A stretch of DNA of 64,000 nt from Pirellulales bacterium (GTDB lineage Bacteria > Planctomycetota > Planctomycetia > Pirellulales > UBA7805). The translations under genes were made by a program, and so were the position numbers. The notes beneath the pieces are model-generated. The model made no database searches. It saw only the letters and a list, made by a program, of their open reading frames with translations, and had not been told where the DNA came from. The stretch spans positions 245 through 64,244 of the forward strand of contig JAYGDO010000642.1 in assembly GCA_046582885.1 (NCBI GenBank), in the 5' to 3' direction. Shown here piece after piece: positions 48,556-57,900 of this stretch (within the stretch, counting starts at the first letter, position 1; each line of letters starts with the position of its first letter).

Positions 48556-49956
48556 CTAGGAATCTCCGCGGGCGGCTCGACGGTTAAAAAAGTATAGGGG
48601 AACCCCCAGCAATAGCGGGACAACCCAGATCAGCGTGATTTTTCCGGCGTAATTGATGCTGGACCAAAGCATGTAGCCGCACATGGCACAAAACAGAATC
48701 GCCGGCCACGGATACAACGGCATGCAATAACGATGCTCAGTCGCCGCACCACGCAAAACGAAAACCGAAATGCCGGTCAAAAGAAAAAACAGCCAGAAGA
48801 TTGGCGCGGTTCCGGCAACCAGTTTGTCAAATCCACCGTCGAAATCATTCCAATCTGGCGGGACCATTGCCAAACGTTGATAACACCAGTCTAGGATCGT
48901 GCGACCGGTAAGCGTGTCTACCAGAAGGATCATCATGATGGCAACAATCGCTTGGACAGCGAGTGCATTTATCGGTGCACCGCGGCGAACACTCCAGCGA
49001 CCGAGCCGAGAAAATATCGCATGATCGCGGCCCAACGCGGCAAAGATTCTCGAGCCGGTGAGCAGCATGCCGTTGATCGCACCCATTGCCGAGACCATCA
49101 CCAGTAAACTCATAGTACGCGATGCCCAATCGCCTAAACCAACCTGTAATAGAGCATCCGCAGCGGGGGCCTTCGACTGACGAAGCCCATCAAAACCCAA
49201 GGCGTTGAGATACGCCAAGTTGACCAACATATACAGTGTCACAATGAGCGTGATCCCGATCAGCAGTGCCCGCGGAACATTCCGCCGCGGATCGCGAACC
49301 TCGGCCGTGACAAACACGGCATCGTTCCATCCGCCAAACGTGTAGAGAATTAACACCATCGCGATCCCGAAGCTTGGATTTTCGGAGGCTGTGGTTGTGG
49401 CATTTGGATTGCCACCGGTCCCTAGGGCCAAGCCGGCCAATACCAGCCCGGCCAAGCCAAAAATCTTGGCAACGGTCAAGACGTTTTGCGTCGTCTTTCC
49501 AAATGTCAGCCCGGCGCAATTCAAAACCGTTAGTACAACAATTACCAGTGCGGCGTACGATCCTGCGTTCCCGGTTGAGACGTTAAATAACCTGACCGCA
49601 TAGTCGCCAAAGACATACGCCATGATCGCGATGCTGCCCGTAAAAACTGCCACGAGTTGTGCCCAGCCAAACAGGAAGCCAGCCCAAGAGCCAAACGCGC
49701 GGGTTAGATACGCATAGTCACCACCGGACGCCGGATATCTGGACGCCAATTCTGCGTAACAAAAGGCACCCAACATGACAAGCGTTCCGCCAAGCAACCA
49801 TGCGGCAAAACCGTGCCAGGGTGTTGCGACATTGGAGAAGATGAGCGGCGGAGCCTTAAAGATCGAGACGCCAACAACGATACCGATGATGATGCTGACC
49901 GTGTCCCACAATCGCAACTCGCCCATCGTTCTTTTGGATGACTCATCCGCCGTCAA
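48556..49956 (-). CDS. APC-superfamily amino acid permease
   Basis: About 12 TM helices. N-terminal WDTVSIIIGIVVGVSIF and AELASRYPASGGDYAYL are typical of APC transporters. Confidence 0.8.
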   Translation of the reverse strand: MTADESSKRTMGELRLWDTVSIIIGIVVGVSIFKAPPLIFSNVATPWHGFAAWLLGGTLVMLGAFCYAELASRYPASGGDYAYLTRAFGSWAGFLFGWAQLVAVFTGSIAIMAYVFGDYAVRLFNVSTGNAGSYAALVIVVLTVLNCAGLTFGKTTQNVLTVAKIFGLAGLVLAGLALGTGGNPNATTTASENPSFGIAMVLILYTFGGWNDAVFVTAEVRDPRRNVPRALLIGITLIVTLYMLVNLAYLNALGFDGLRQSKAPAADALLQVGLGDWASRTMSLLVMVSAMGAINGMLLTGSRIFAALGRDHAIFSRLGRWSVRRGAPINALAVQAIVAIMMILLVDTLTGRTILDWCYQRLAMVPPDWNDFDGGFDKLVAGTAPIFWLFFLLTGISVFVLRGAATEHRYCMPLYPWPAILFCAMCGYMLWSSINYAGKITLIWVVPLLLGVPLYFFNRRAARGDS

Positions 49957-50518
49957 CAGAACCTCCCGCCAGCCCCAGTTGTTCGGCGATCGTCAGCATG
50001 GCATCGATCACGAATTGAATATGTTCGTTGAGATCGCCGCCCAAATCTTCGGCGCCGCGGACGATATCTTCGCGGCTCACGTTTGCCGCAAAACTTTTCT
50101 GCTTCATTTTTTTGCGGACGCTTTTGGCCTGCATGCCGTGGATGCCGTCGGGTCGCATCAAGGCTACGGCGGTGCAGAATCCGGCCAATTCGTCACAGGC
50201 ATAGAGCGTTTTATCCAATGTCGACACACGCGGACAGTCGGTTAAATAATCGGCATGTGATTTAATGGCGTAAATAACATCATCCGGATATCCTCGAGCT
50301 GCCAGGATTTCCGATCCTTTGAGGGGATGGTCTGGTGGATTCGGCCACCGCTCGTAATCGAAGTCGTGTAGTAGACCGACAAGGCCCCATTTTTCTTCGT
50401 CTTCGCCTTCTTTACGCGCATAGGCGCGGAGGGCCACTTCGACCGCCAGCATATGCTTGCGCAGGCTGTCGCTTTGAGTGTACTCGCAAACAAGTTGCCA
50501 GGCTTCGTCGCGATTCAT
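49943..50518 (-). CDS. HD/HDIG-domain metal-dependent phosphohydrolase
   Basis: H...HD pattern (LRKHMLAVE...GLLHDFDYE) and a later SHADY. The 3' end overlaps the permease start by 14 nt. Confidence 0.75.
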   Translation of the reverse strand: MNRDEAWQLVCEYTQSDSLRKHMLAVEVALRAYARKEGEDEEKWGLVGLLHDFDYERWPNPPDHPLKGSEILAARGYPDDVIYAIKSHADYLTDCPRVSTLDKTLYACDELAGFCTAVALMRPDGIHGMQAKSVRKKMKQKSFAANVSREDIVRGAEDLGGDLNEHIQFVIDAMLTIAEQLGLAGGSVDGG

Positions 50519-50546
50519 GACGATGAATTCGAGTGCCGCGTTTTAT

Positions 50547-50569
50547 TTCTGCCCATCAAATGGGCAGAA
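50547..50569. promoter_or_regulatory. Perfect 10-bp inverted repeat TTCTGCCCAT-caa-ATGGGCAGAA upstream of the HD-domain gene
   Basis: Read directly. It lies 29-51 nt upstream of the minus-strand start at 50518 and has no adjacent U-tract on either strand. Confidence 0.3.
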
Positions 50570-50579
50570 GGTCTGCATT

Positions 50580-50614
50580 AAAACAAAAAAAGGCCAGGGC
50601 CGTGAGCCCTGACC
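50580..50614 (-). terminator. Rho-independent terminator of the cytochrome c-like gene
   Basis: On the minus strand: GGUCAGGGC-ucacg-GCCCUGGCC (one mismatch), followed by UUUUUUUGUUUUA. It lies about 30 nt past the stop at 50646. Confidence 0.7.
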
Positions 50615-50645
50615 TGTGCGCATTTTCAGGAGCCAATTTGCACGA

Positions 50646-51161
50646 TTATTCCTCGGCTTCACGCGCGGCAATTGCCTTTTTCAGGTCGGTGGCATTTGGC
50701 TTACTGTCACCGGGCAACTTTCCGGAAGCAATCAGTTCGCCGAAGGTAGGCGACTTGGGGTCGTCGGGATTGGATTTCATCGCCGCGACTTTCTTCAGCG
50801 CCGCTTGGATTTCCGCTTTGACTTTGTCGGGCTCGGCCTTACGGCGTTCGCTGCTGAAATCGTCCTTTTTCAGGAGCCCGGAAATAGCCTTACCATAATT
50901 GTTGCGAACTTTTTTCCCCAATCCGGTTTCCGGTGGGTTGTATTTGGACATGTTCACGTGACACACCCAGCACTTGCCAGTTTTGGCATTAGCCGCTTCG
51001 GCGAAAGTCTTTTCCACCGCCGTGGATGGGTTTTCTTTGACATAGGTCTCAAAAAACTCGCTCTTAAACGCTGTGACGGCCAATGCTTGGTTTGCGAATC
51101 CGGCGACGACAAGCCAGCCTGCGAGCGTGCCGCACAAACAACTCATTTCGACTTTTTTCAT
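50646..51161 (-). CDS. Secreted mono-haem c-type cytochrome-like protein, Lys-rich
   Basis: Signal peptide (CLCGTLAGWLVVAGFANQALA) and a single CxxCH motif (CWVCH). Confidence 0.65.
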   Translation of the reverse strand: MKKVEMSCLCGTLAGWLVVAGFANQALAVTAFKSEFFETYVKENPSTAVEKTFAEAANAKTGKCWVCHVNMSKYNPPETGLGKKVRNNYGKAISGLLKKDDFSSERRKAEPDKVKAEIQAALKKVAAMKSNPDDPKSPTFGELIASGKLPGDSKPNATDLKKAIAAREAEE

Positions 51162-51553
51162 GCCGATCCTCTCCTTGTGAATGTGCCTGGTGTACGTGGT
51201 GGGAACGTCGTTTGGTGGGATCGCGGCGCCGACGGCGGGCGGGCGTCCAGGCTGTCAGCAAGACCCCGGACGCTACAGCTATCTATTAAAACCTCGCGAC
51301 CCGTGATGTCAACTGCCAAGCGGATTTTCTACCAGTATTCCGAGTCTCCCATTGGCTGCGGAATAGCTGAGAATATTTGCATAAAGTAAAGGCAGGCCAG
51401 TGGTAGATGAAAAGTTGTGGATGGCGGCACGTGTCGCAAGGCGTTGTGAATTGACTATATCTGAGATAGATTCACGAACTTCGATTCAGTGAATTCTTCT
51501 CAAGAGATAAAACGGCGTTGATTGAAGTTTGATCGGGCAGCAGTTGGATAAAA

Positions 51554-51757
51554 ATGAGTAGCGCGATTTACCAGCGGCCGGAACGATTTGGCGACTACCT
51601 GCCGGCAGTCGGAGTGGTGGAGCTGCCGTGGTTCCGCAAGTTTACCGCCGGTCGGCGCAGGTTGACCACTAACGTACCACTCGCGACGACGGTGATCGAC
51701 GAACTGGTCGATGCGTGGACTCTTCGGATCAAGAACGTCAGTGTGAATCCCCGTTGA
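51554..51757 (+). CDS. Possible small protein (67 aa) immediately upstream of the POT transporter
   Basis: ORF track. By my count about 70 percent of codons end in G/C, like the confirmed genes. It ends 10 nt before the POT start. No recognisable motif or clear RBS. Confidence 0.35.
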   Translation: MSSAIYQRPERFGDYLPAVGVVELPWFRKFTAGRRRLTTNVPLATTVIDELVDAWTLRIKNVSVNPR

Positions 51758-51767
51758 GATAGATACC

Positions 51768-53783
51768 ATGGCCAGACAAAGTTTCCTGACTGCCCCGGTT
51801 GCCTCCCTGGAGATGCCCAAGGGAATTCCCTACATCGTTACCAACGAGGCGGCGGAAAGATTCAGCTTCTACGGCATGAAGAGCATCTTGATCGTCTTCA
51901 TGACAAAATACCTGATGGACTCCGGCGGCCAGCTGGATCTCATGGGCGCCGAAGAGGCCAAAGGCTACTATCACCTGTTCACGTCGGCGGTCTACTTTAC
52001 GCCCCTTCTCGGCGCGATCATCGCGGATGCCTTTTTGGGAAAATATCGGACGATACTCTCACTCTCTATTGTCTACTGCGCGGGCCACCTCTGCTTGGCG
52101 TTGGACGATACACGGATGGGCCTGGTCTTGGGGCTCGGTCTGATCGCACTCGGGTCCGGAGGTATTAAGCCCTGTGTGTCGGCTCACGTGGGAGACCAGT
52201 TTGGGAAGACAAACCAGCATTTGTTGGAAAAAGTTTTTGGCTGGTTTTATTTCGCGATCAATCTGGGCGCGTTTGCTTCGACCCTGCTCACGCCGTGGTT
52301 GCTGTCCGAGTATGGCCCTCACGTAGCCTTCGGCGTACCCGGCATTTTGATGGGACTGGCAACCCTCTTCTTCTGGATGGGCCGCAACGTCTTTATCCAC
52401 ATTCCGCGAGGTGGAATCGAGTTCCTCAAAGAGACCTTTTCCCTGGCGGGGCTAAAGTCGGTCGCTCGACTGTTCATCCTCTACGCTTTTGTCGCCATGT
52501 TCTGGGCACTCTTCGACCAGACCGGATCAGCCTGGGTGCTTCAGGCCGATCGGATGGATCTCAACTTCCTGGGTTTTGAATGGTTCCCGAGCCAGATTCA
52601 AGCCGTCAATCCGATCATGATTATGGTCTTAATTCCGGTGTTCAATGGAATCAAGGCCATCGGTTGGCCCGGTCTTTACCGTCTCATCGACCACGTCTAC
52701 CCCCTGACGAATCTCCGCAAGATCGGCATAGGATTTTTCTTGACTGTTCCCGCCTTCCTCTTACCCGCCTGGATCGAAGCACAACTAGACGCCGGTATGT
52801 TCGTTAACATCTCCTGGCAACTGTTGGCGTATGTAATCATGACGACTGCCGAGGTCTTCGTTTCGATCACCTGTCTGGAGTTCTCTTACACACAAGCTCC
52901 CCCGAAAATGAAATCGCTGATCATGGCCTGTTTTCTGGTAAGCGTGAGCCTGGGAAACATCTTTGTCGCCGGCGTCAACTTTTTCATTCACGAACCAGGT
53001 CCCACCTTTTATCCCGACGTCGAAGGCCGATACCACTTCCAAATGTCGGTCTCGGATGGTGAGCAAACAGCGACGCAATCATTTACGGTAACCGCGTTAT
53101 CCGCCAATCCAGCACGCGTGCAACAGCCCAAACAAAGCACTGAGAAAGCAACGGCACCGAGCGCCAAAGCAGGGCGTCTCGTGGCAGTCGAACCGGGAGA
53201 AGAAGTCCGCATGTACGGAAGCGTCGATCCTGGGGACGCCAAGGGGAAATGGCAATACGCTTGGTCTTTCATTTCGGTACCGGAGGGAAGTCACGTCGAT
53301 TCGACTTCTCTCAAGAATGCCACAACCCGTAACCCGACATTCGTTCCAGACGTCGCTGGCCATTATGAGTTGAAATTTCATTTCCAGGTCGGAAACAAGG
53401 AAGCCAGACAGGAAGCTCAGGACCGGGTGGTGGTACATGCAACCACCGTCAACACTCCACCCATCCCGGTAATCTCTGACATCACTTGGTCGTTGGACGA
53501 GGGTGTGCCGGTCAGCCTGGACGGTTCCGCGAGCTACGACCCCGATGGGGACGAATTGACCGTGGAATGGCAACTGTTGGAAAAACCTGACCTCAGTAAA
53601 CGTCGCGTCAACGATATCAAAAATGCTGATCGGATTGGTTCCAGCAGCAAGCTCTCTGGAGCGAACTACTACTACTTCTTCGCGGTCTGCATGCTGGTTA
53701 CCGCGATTCTGTTCATTCCGGTCGCCATGATGTACAAGGAACAGACCTACATCCAGGACGAGGGATCCGGCGGCGGGGAATGA
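51768..53783 (+). CDS. POT/PTR2-family proton-dependent oligopeptide transporter with a large extracytoplasmic insertion
   Basis: PTR2 signatures AAERFSFYGMKSIL and FYFAINLGAF, with multiple TM helices. An insertion of about 220 aa with PKD-like motifs lies between the last two TM helices. Confidence 0.85.
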   Translation: MARQSFLTAPVASLEMPKGIPYIVTNEAAERFSFYGMKSILIVFMTKYLMDSGGQLDLMGAEEAKGYYHLFTSAVYFTPLLGAIIADAFLGKYRTILSLSIVYCAGHLCLALDDTRMGLVLGLGLIALGSGGIKPCVSAHVGDQFGKTNQHLLEKVFGWFYFAINLGAFASTLLTPWLLSEYGPHVAFGVPGILMGLATLFFWMGRNVFIHIPRGGIEFLKETFSLAGLKSVARLFILYAFVAMFWALFDQTGSAWVLQADRMDLNFLGFEWFPSQIQAVNPIMIMVLIPVFNGIKAIGWPGLYRLIDHVYPLTNLRKIGIGFFLTVPAFLLPAWIEAQLDAGMFVNISWQLLAYVIMTTAEVFVSITCLEFSYTQAPPKMKSLIMACFLVSVSLGNIFVAGVNFFIHEPGPTFYPDVEGRYHFQMSVSDGEQTATQSFTVTALSANPARVQQPKQSTEKATAPSAKAGRLVAVEPGEEVRMYGSVDPGDAKGKWQYAWSFISVPEGSHVDSTSLKNATTRNPTFVPDVAGHYELKFHFQVGNKEARQEAQDRVVVHATTVNTPPIPVISDITWSLDEGVPVSLDGSASYDPDGDELTVEWQLLEKPDLSKRRVNDIKNADRIGSSSKLSGANYYYFFAVCMLVTAILFIPVAMMYKEQTYIQDEGSGGGE

Positions 53784-54003
53784 AGGGCCCCAAGCGGACA
53801 CAACCGGCCCGTCTATCGCTGCCGGGGAGTTCACTTCTTTCCACTCCGCGGCCGGACGGCCCGATTGCCGCACAGGCTCTTTCCGCCCGTTACCCGCCTT
53901 CGAGTCTGGGACCGCCGTTTTCGGCGCAATTTTCTATCTGAAGTCACGGCGAAGCCAGAAAAACTGGGGTCCAGAAAACCAAGCATGGGGGCGTGGCCGG
54001 ACG

Positions 54004-56874
54004 CTAATTGTTATCGTCCGTCCGCGGCGGTTGATCTGTAGAGTTAGAGCCGCTGGGCCTAGAAACCGGTGCCAAGAAGTCGGGAATATCCTTGATCTGA
54101 AATCCAGCATCCGAGGTATCCGAGGCCGCACCGAGCGCCGGATTGGACTTATCCTCCATCAATTCATAATCATCGAGGGTGTGATCCGCCACCGAGACGC
54201 CGCCCGGCGGGCCGGTTGTCCATTGCACCGGAGCGGGACGGTCGACGCGCTCGCTGTTGCCCCAATGCTGTTGCCATTCGGGCCATGCCAATTCGGTGGG
54301 CCCGTCTTCCGCGAAACTATCGATCTTCCAAAACACCTTACAGCGCTCGTAGAAATTTTGGTTCGCGGTCCAACGAATATAGTCTTTGAACTTTTCGGTG
54401 GAATCGGGGCCCCGTTGTTCTACGAGCGGCGCGTCCGCCGTAATAAAAATGCATGCGCGACAGTTTGTTCGTATGGTTGGCATAAACGGTTGATCCTGCA
54501 GCCGGTCCATATAACAAAAACCTTTTGATACACCGGCCGTCACGTGTTCGAGCCGCACGTCCAACTCGTTGCTGGATGAGATGGCAGAGTTTCTACTGAG
54601 CAACTCGACGAAATGTTCGCTGGAAGCCAGCAGGCCGTTCGACCAATACAGGTCGACTGTGTCGAGCGCCGTGCCGCGCAGAAAGGTCGCTTCGCCCCGC
54701 GCAACACAATTGCGCAAGTCGATTAATGTGCGCACCGGAGATCCGCTCTCATCGAGCACAGCATCGCTGCCGCCGAGAGGCAGGTCGACTTTGAAAAAAC
54801 TAACGTGGTTGTAAAGTGCTGATAAGTCCGCCGCCGTGTTTCGGATGGTAAGCCAGCAACGGATCAAGCGAATCTCTTTCGTTAACGTTGATTCGATTAA
54901 GCACCAGTCATCTGAATTGGGTTTGCCGGATAAGTCCAATTCAAATTGCACGTTGGACAGTGCGAGGCTGCCCCCGGCTGAAACTATAATCATGCTGTGC
55001 TCGATGAGAGCGGGATCTTCCGTTTCCGGTCGAAAATAAATGACCGGACGAAATTCAGGTGCCGCTCGAATCGTGTATTTGCCTTTTAGGACGATCGAGT
55101 GTTCCGGGCGTTTCAGCCGTCCGTTGTAGCGCAGTACAACCGTGACGACGCCCGTGTTTGTGTCGCGAGGAATGGAACGTACTGCATCGCTGACACTTTC
55201 GAAAACATTTTCTCCTTGGCCGAGACCATCGACGACCAACGTGGGGTTGATCGGCACGGTGGCGGCCTCCGGCGAGGTTGACATCGGCGCGTCGTCGCCG
55301 GCGGGCGAACCAGAGGTTTTGTCCGTGCGGTTACTAGAATTACCCGGGTCGTCGGTTCTGCCTTCTGTGGCCTGGCCGGGACCGATCGTTGGCGGGGGCG
55401 TCGACCGCACCGCGGTTTGCGAATTGCCAGCTTGGTTGCGGACGCCATTTTTTGAGGGAGGTGCGTCGATCCTCGTGGCCTCGGCGGGGGGCACGACTCT
55501 TTCCCCCGCGAACGGTTCTGGACGCCGTGGAATATTCGCGGTTTGTCCAACACTGGAAAAATGAACGACGAGCGTGACCAACAGTAGAATCGCGATTGGC
55601 ACCATCCAGGAGAGATGCCGCCCATACCAGGGATCTTTCGAAAACGTCGCGAGTAGCTCACCGCGTCCGCCGGGCCAATGAATATTCAATTGCTGTGAAA
55701 CTGAGATCAAATCGCCAACCAATTCAAGCGGCGTTTGATATCGGTCGTCCGGGTTTTTCGCGAGCAGCTTCTTGATGATTTGGTAAACCGGATCGGGCAA
55801 ATTCGTGCGAAACTTCCGCACGTCCGGAGGCTCGTCACCTTGATGTTGAAGCAGCTTCTGTAGGACCGTACCTTCGGGGAACGGCGGCCTGCCGGCGAGC
55901 ATGTAATAGAGGGTGCACCCCAGGGAGTAGAGATCGCTGCGAACATCGGCACTGCGCGGGTCGCGTGCCTGTTCGGGGGAAATATAATCAAATGTTCCCA
56001 AAGTCACTCCGCTCGCCGTCAGGTCATTTTGAGAGTTTTCAACTTGATGCAGCCGCGCCAAGCCCATGTCAACCAACTTTGCGCGGCCGTCATTAGTGAT
56101 CAGCACGTTTGACGGCTTGATATCGCGATGCACAACGTCACGCTGACTTGCGTGGTCCAGGGCTTCGGCAATTTGCAGCGCATAGAGAATAAAGTCCGTC
56201 AGCGGCAGCGTCCCTGTTTGGATGACCAGGTCACGCAGATTTTCGCCCTCGATGAACTCGAGCACGATGTAGTGCCAGCCTCGGTCCTCTCCAACATAGT
56301 AGACCCGCGCGATGTTCTCATGATCCAATCGCGCGGCGGACTGCGCCTCGTTTTGAAACCGCCGCGTCGTTTCTTCGTCGGATCCGTACTGCCTGAGCAG
56401 TACTTTGATGGCGACCGTGCGTCCTAATGCCGTATCGGTTCCGCGAAATACGGCACCCATTCCGCCTCCACCGATGAACTGCTCGAGTTCAAAGTGGTCA
56501 AGGTGCTCGCCCTCCAGCAACTCGCCGATTTCGCCGGGAGTTGCGCCGCCAAGTGACGGTTGGGGCCTAACCGGCGGGCGGGCGGAAACCACGGTTGGAT
56601 CGTCGGGCCGCACGTCGGCTCCGTCGATGATTATCTCGCGATGCAGAATGCTCGATTCGTCCGGGTCGTGCGCGGCCGATGACGCCGAAGATATTTGTGG
56701 TTCTTCCGTCGTATTTTCTTCGGCATTCGACGCTTCGGTTCGCCGGACTTCCGGCGAGACGCGATCGTTCGATTCCGCGTGATCGTCGCCTAAGCCGCTC
56801 ATGGTGTGGCTCCGAACCAACCGCAAAACAAGCGGTGGGTGATCGACTGAAAGAAAAAGAAAAGGGGACGGCAT
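54004..56874 (-). CDS. Ser/Thr protein kinase with single TM helix and an uncharacterised extracytoplasmic domain of about 500 aa
   Basis: IGGGGMGAVFRG, VAIKVL, HRDIKPSNVLI, VDMGLARL and SPEQA. TM helix WMVPIAILLLVTLVVHF. An alternative ATG lies at 56802. Confidence 0.85.
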   Translation of the reverse strand: MPSPFLFLSVDHPPLVLRLVRSHTMSGLGDDHAESNDRVSPEVRRTEASNAEENTTEEPQISSASSAAHDPDESSILHREIIIDGADVRPDDPTVVSARPPVRPQPSLGGATPGEIGELLEGEHLDHFELEQFIGGGGMGAVFRGTDTALGRTVAIKVLLRQYGSDEETTRRFQNEAQSAARLDHENIARVYYVGEDRGWHYIVLEFIEGENLRDLVIQTGTLPLTDFILYALQIAEALDHASQRDVVHRDIKPSNVLITNDGRAKLVDMGLARLHQVENSQNDLTASGVTLGTFDYISPEQARDPRSADVRSDLYSLGCTLYYMLAGRPPFPEGTVLQKLLQHQGDEPPDVRKFRTNLPDPVYQIIKKLLAKNPDDRYQTPLELVGDLISVSQQLNIHWPGGRGELLATFSKDPWYGRHLSWMVPIAILLLVTLVVHFSSVGQTANIPRRPEPFAGERVVPPAEATRIDAPPSKNGVRNQAGNSQTAVRSTPPPTIGPGQATEGRTDDPGNSSNRTDKTSGSPAGDDAPMSTSPEAATVPINPTLVVDGLGQGENVFESVSDAVRSIPRDTNTGVVTVVLRYNGRLKRPEHSIVLKGKYTIRAAPEFRPVIYFRPETEDPALIEHSMIIVSAGGSLALSNVQFELDLSGKPNSDDWCLIESTLTKEIRLIRCWLTIRNTAADLSALYNHVSFFKVDLPLGGSDAVLDESGSPVRTLIDLRNCVARGEATFLRGTALDTVDLYWSNGLLASSEHFVELLSRNSAISSSNELDVRLEHVTAGVSKGFCYMDRLQDQPFMPTIRTNCRACIFITADAPLVEQRGPDSTEKFKDYIRWTANQNFYERCKVFWKIDSFAEDGPTELAWPEWQQHWGNSERVDRPAPVQWTTGPPGGVSVADHTLDDYELMEDKSNPALGAASDTSDAGFQIKDIPDFLAPVSRPSGSNSTDQPPRTDDNN

Positions 56875-56996
56875 TAGTCATCCCCTGCGGCTAACGCCTA
56901 ACTCTAGCCATTGTAACGATTAACAAGTTTATCGTCAACGATTTGGCTGCCTTCGTCCTGCCTTCTGGTTGCGGTCCCCGACGATGTTTTCACGAG

Positions 56997-57596
56997 TCAA
57001 GGGTCTGTAAATCCAACCCTTTGCCGCCAATCGGCCAACATGGGCTTTTGGATACGGATGTCGTGCTGCATGTTCTGACGAAGCTGCGCGAGTTGCTGCG
57101 GCGAGCCCATGGTCAATAGTTCCTGTTCACGCAACGGCTGGCCCTCGCTTCGTCGGCCACCGTCGACCACATCCGCCCAATAGAAAATACGATCACCAGA
57201 ATCGTAGGTGGTGATGATCCGGCAATCCAACCAGGCAAGACAGTGCGCCAAAATCGGTGTTCCGGTGGTCGCTTCGAAGGTCGCTAGGTCTTCCAGCTTG
57301 TCGTGACTGTGACCGGAAGTTAGGCCAAATCTCCAGGCCAGATCGATCTGATCACGGTGAATCAAATGTGCGGCAAATTGTCCGCTTGCATTGATCAGTT
57401 CGGCTGTGAAGTGATTTGTCGCCAGGGCGATCAGCAACACGGGCGATTCTGGATCGAGAGAGGCCTGGGCGACCCAAGTCGCCACCAGACCGCCACGCCG
57501 CGACTTGTCGGCAGCCGTGACGATCCATAATTCACGATCCACCAGTCGAAAAACTTCCTGAACTTTCGCTTGCGTTGACTGTTGATCGGACTTCAT
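56997..57596 (-). CDS. Flavin reductase-like FMN-binding domain protein
   Basis: ORF track. Pattern LWIVTAADKSRRGGLVATWVAQASLDP...FAAHLI is typical of the flavin reductase domain family. Confidence 0.65.
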   Translation of the reverse strand: MKSDQQSTQAKVQEVFRLVDRELWIVTAADKSRRGGLVATWVAQASLDPESPVLLIALATNHFTAELINASGQFAAHLIHRDQIDLAWRFGLTSGHSHDKLEDLATFEATTGTPILAHCLAWLDCRIITTYDSGDRIFYWADVVDGGRRSEGQPLREQELLTMGSPQQLAQLRQNMQHDIRIQKPMLADWRQRVGFTDP

Positions 57597-57900
57597 CGCT
57601 TCAGATACAAGATTTCAAGTCACCCGCCTGCTGCGATGATAGATGACCGCTGAATTTGCGACAAGCCGGTCGCGGCTATCGTTGCCGCTGAAACTGGCAT
57701 TTGTACTGCTGTCCAGCCGAAATGATGCGAGGTATTTGGCGGCATGCACCGGGGCGCGAAACAATCAACCAATTTACGAAGAACAAGAACATGAAGAGAT
57801 CGCTGAGAGCTGTGCGATGCCTCGTGGCGGCGCTGGCATTCGTCGTTTTGTCAACCTCGGCAGGCAGCGAAGAACTGTACGTTATCCGTGATGTCCGATC

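Noticed and set aside
53097-53873. 258-aa minus-strand ORF
   Set aside because: It is antisense to the 3' part of the POT transporter gene, and the plus-strand frame is continuous with the PTR2 core and the terminal TM helix.
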